Below, one piece after another: positions 60,127 to 64,000 of a stretch of DNA of 64,000 nt (positions are counted from its first letter, which is position 1; each line of letters begins with the position of its first letter). Location of the stretch: contig MU008221.1 in the NCBI GenBank assembly GCA_010909165.1, positions 1-64,000 on the forward strand, written 5' to 3'. Made by a program: the position numbers and the translations under genes. Source of the stretch: Anthoceros angustus. Lineage: Eukaryota > Plantae > Anthocerotophyta. The notes beneath the pieces were generated by a model, which was not told where the DNA came from, did no database searches, and saw only the letters and a program-made list of their open reading frames with translations.

Positions 60127-60615
60127 ATGATGAGCCCTGGCGCCCCTCCGCCAAATGAGAGGCCGACGTTGGAGTCGGCCGCCGCTCTTGACAGCCACCC
60201 AAGGGAGGCTCTGAAGAAAAGGAGGGAAGACACCGCCCCGGAACCTGATTTGAGTGACAGCGAGGTGCCTTTTTCTCCTCTTCGCGAGGACTACAGTGAG
60301 CATGAATTTTACAGCAGCCCCCTCTTCAGAGGTTTCAAAGGTCTCGAGGGCTACAACAGGCGCCAACGCTACCTGCGTTCTTACACTTTCAGCCGGGAAG
60401 AGAGCCCGGCGGAGAAGGTGAAGAAATCGTGCAAGAAACTGAAGGCTGCCGCCTGGGCTGTCATGGCATGCAACTATTCTCCCGCCGTTGCAAGGAAGTT
60501 CAAGCAGCAGGTCAAGGAGCACACCTCCAGACTGTTCTCCTCCGGCCGATCTACGAAGTTCCACTTGCCTAGGTTGCATATGCCGGAGTGCCTGAGGATG
60601 CCGCAGATCTCTTAG
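60127..60615 (+). CDS. Small intronless plant protein of unknown function
   Basis: ORF from ATG 60127 with RQRYLRSYTFSREE..EKVKK, a motif I recall from uncharacterised land-plant proteins. Long pyrimidine-rich leader upstream. Confidence 0.7.
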   Translation: MMSPGAPPPNERPTLESAAALDSHPREALKKRREDTAPEPDLSDSEVPFSPLREDYSEHEFYSSPLFRGFKGLEGYNRRQRYLRSYTFSREESPAEKVKKSCKKLKAAAWAVMACNYSPAVARKFKQQVKEHTSRLFSSGRSTKFHLPRLHMPECLRMPQIS

Positions 60616-62237
60616 GGCCGGCCGTGAGAGCACCCATGGGCTCACTTTTGGAATTCCATGTTTGCTTTTGAGATGCACGCTTGTGGCCATGGATGCTCTT
60701 TCCTGTTGCGTGTCTGACAAGCCATCAGGTTGCAAAGGAGGCTTTTATGTCCTTGGACATCGGTTGTAAGGACTGAACAAAGTGTCGGAGCTATCTCGTA
60801 ACGGAGGGTTTTAACTAAACCTTGGACTCCATGATTAGGCCGTTCATCAACAAGGACATAGCTGCACCACATGATCTCCTAGTCGATCCTTCAGCGGAGA
60901 TGATGGCAGGCTGTGTGTCTCTCAGGATGACCAGTTTAGGAGAGGCAATGTGGACTCTTACCTCAGATACTCGTGGGGCATGGAACCATCGGAAAATGAA
61001 GGAACTGGCTAGGTACATAGTAAGAAATTGCTGGCCTCCTCTGTATGTCTTTTGACAAGAGGGAGAGGGACATGTTCCAGCGGGATTTGCTGCGTGTGGT
61101 CGGACCCCCAACCCTATATCAAGCATGGACAGTGCGAAAGTAGTTGTCCGTCTCTACTCTCCACTTGGAGTTGCTCATTCTTGTTCGTGTACCTTCCGTG
61201 AGCTCTCGATCTAAAACCTAGGATCGCCCTAGACTACATAACGCGGTTCTGAATTGTGACCGATCAAATGTAGTGTACATAGACGTTGTTGTGCTTTCTG
61301 GGATAAACATGCCGTGATGTTTGGCCTCCAAATGTTCTCCAGGTTTTAAAAGGGTTTGCATACTCTTTACAGACCTAGAAGGCTGGAGCTGCAGCAGTAA
61401 AACGATCGTTGTCTCGCCAGCAGTGCGCGATGCATAGCTCAATCAGCACTCTCTCCCTCTTCGTGTGACTCTTCCCCTCAGTGAGCTGCGCAGCTGGCTT
61501 CCTTTACTCTGGCGCAGAGGAGGAATCGGGTCTCCTTGAGGGATACAGGTGAGTGAGGAAGGGGAAGGAATGCAAGTGATTGGTGGAGCGGTAGGGGGGC
61601 ACACCGCTGCTGTGGCCCTGCTGGGCCATGTGGGAAACTTAGCTGAGATGTTCACAGCGCCGCGCCCTCACCGCCGGAAGAAATGCCCGCCGCTTCCTTC
61701 CGTTGTTGGACCCGGAAATTGGAATCAGCACCCCCCCCTCCCCCCTTCTGTAACCACCTCGGGCACTCAAGCGAAGCCCCAATTGCACCGGATCTATGCC
61801 GATTTCCAGGCCTGCACCCCCGATCCCTTATCTCCGTGACCCAACCAGATGGCGAACGGGAGATTACTTGCGCGTTTCCCCCCGCGCCGCTCGATTCTGA
61901 GCTCTTTCAAGATGCAAATGTGCCAGGGTATGATTCAGCCTAGCCTGTCTCCATGTCTCAGTTTGGAAAGGATAGAGTAAAGCAAGCGCGTTCAGCCCGA
62001 TAGGTACCCTGTTATTGTTATCCAGTTACAAATCGGCCAAACGCCAAACGCAGAAAGAAAATAAGAAATTCGGTCAAACGACAGGAGCTGTTGCTGTTTC
62101 TGAGCAGCATCCCCTGAACGTTCCTGCCAAAGCCCGTCAGGTCGGGTAGCGTGAAGGAGAGTGGAACTCTTTCCCCGCTAAGAAACCCCTCGGCAAGCAG
62201 AGGCTGAGGTTTTGTACCATAGTCCCAGTGCACGGCC

Positions 62238-63093
62238 ATGGCGAGCGAGGCGCGGGAGATTCTGGTGGCGATCGTTCTGTTCGATAGGATCACTATCCTG
62301 GATGCAGTGGGGCCATACGAAGTGCTGCACCTTCTGCCTAATGTGCGAGTCGTGTTTGTGAGCCACCAACCGGGTGTCTACTATTCAGAGATGGAATTCC
62401 TCGGTCTGCCTGCAACGAAATCGTTTGAAGAGGTGCCCGCTCCTGACGTTCTCGTAGTACCTGGAGGCTTCGGCACGCGCAAGCTGGTGACCGATGTAGT
62501 GATTCTCGACTGGATCAGGAAGGTGCTTGCCGTCTCGTCCCTTGCATTCTAACAACCCACATTCAGGCGTTTGTGCAAACTTAACAGGTTGAGCCCCTCT
62601 GCCCAGGTTCATGATGGCACCTTGTACACAACCTCCGTTTGCACGGGATCTCTACTTCTTGCGGCCGCCGGACTGCTCCAAGGATTGGATGCAACCACAC
62701 ACTGGTCGTGCTACAACCTCCTTGCCCAGTACGGAGCCAATCCCACGAAACAGCGGGTGGTTCGACAGGTGATGCCTGCAACCGTTCCTCTTTGATGTAT
62801 CGCGTGGTTCAAGCGCATCCAACTTGGATGATGGACACCACCGAATTGTCGCGTGTGTGCAGGGGAAGATCATAACGGCCGCAGGAGTTTCTTCTGGGAT
62901 AGACATGGCTGTCCAACTCGCTGCTCTGCTCACAGATGAACTCACTGCAAAGGCTGTGCAGCTGGCAATCGAATACGACCCGCAGCCACCTTATGATAGT
63001 GGATCTGTTGACAAGGCCAGTGAGGAGGTGCGAGCCAAAGCTGGGGAGCTCGGCATGAGACTCCGCAACCGAGACGCAGCATTGCATTCCTGA
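62238..63093 (+). CDS. DJ-1/PfpI family protein, isocyanide-hydratase (InhA)-like; exons 62238-62522, 62607-62768, 62863-63093
   Basis: 225 aa after in-frame GT-AG splicing. LDAVGPYEVL, VVPGGFG, TSVCTGSLLLAAAGLL, ATTHW, AAGVSSGIDMA, QLAIEYDPQPPYDSGS. Confidence 0.93.
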
Positions 63094-63257
63094 AAATGCT
63101 CCACGTGTGGAAAGATGCCATTCAAGTAAAACCATGTCATATAGTTCTGTGACTACAAATGCCTCCAACCCCTCTACATAACAAAATCGCTAGCTCCTGA
63201 AGGCTACTACTTGCCTCCATGGTACCATCATCTTCGGCCTGAATTCATACGAGTGCA

Positions 63258-63950
<693 letters not shown>

Positions 63951-64000
63951 GGCGCCGGACGCCGCAGCGCAACACAGCTCAGGGCAAAACCTAAAGCAAC

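Noticed and set aside
60822-61943. Short ORFs, including a GGHTAAV lipase-like string
   Set aside because: The full GxSxG motif is absent and no coherent exon chain was found.

Overview
Eukaryotic, non-seed-plant-like (streptophyte) genomic DNA; the species cannot be fixed from the sequence alone. About 1-53.9 kb is a nested transposon cluster; about 54-64 kb holds four compact host genes (introns, where present, are short: ~80-170 bp). The cluster contains: (i) pieces of a non-chromovirus Ty3/Gypsy family with ~4.8-kb LTRs, two of them in tandem sharing one LTR; (ii) a near-complete Ty1/Copia element with 280-bp LTRs, plus a second fragmented Copia; (iii) a decayed Sola/DUF7869-like DNA transposase; (iv) a Ty3/Gypsy element whose pol carries a C5-cytosine DNA methyltransferase between protease and RT, a PHD finger after integrase and a long unknown C-terminal ORF; (v) a 3.74-kb solo LTR with a perfect 5-bp TSD. 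The best leads are the DNMT+PHD Gypsy, a protein-coding ORF built into the LTRs of two different Gypsy families, and an apparently spliced antisense gene in the Copia 3' region. Host genes: DA1-family LIM/peptidase, a small unknown plant protein, a bacterial-type isocyanide-hydratase-like DJ-1/PfpI protein, and RPL23. Most TE ORFs are frameshifted while the host genes read cleanly. This may reflect decay or unpolished repeat consensus, so TE protein reconstructions are approximate. Domain calls are by eye from motifs; no database search was run.
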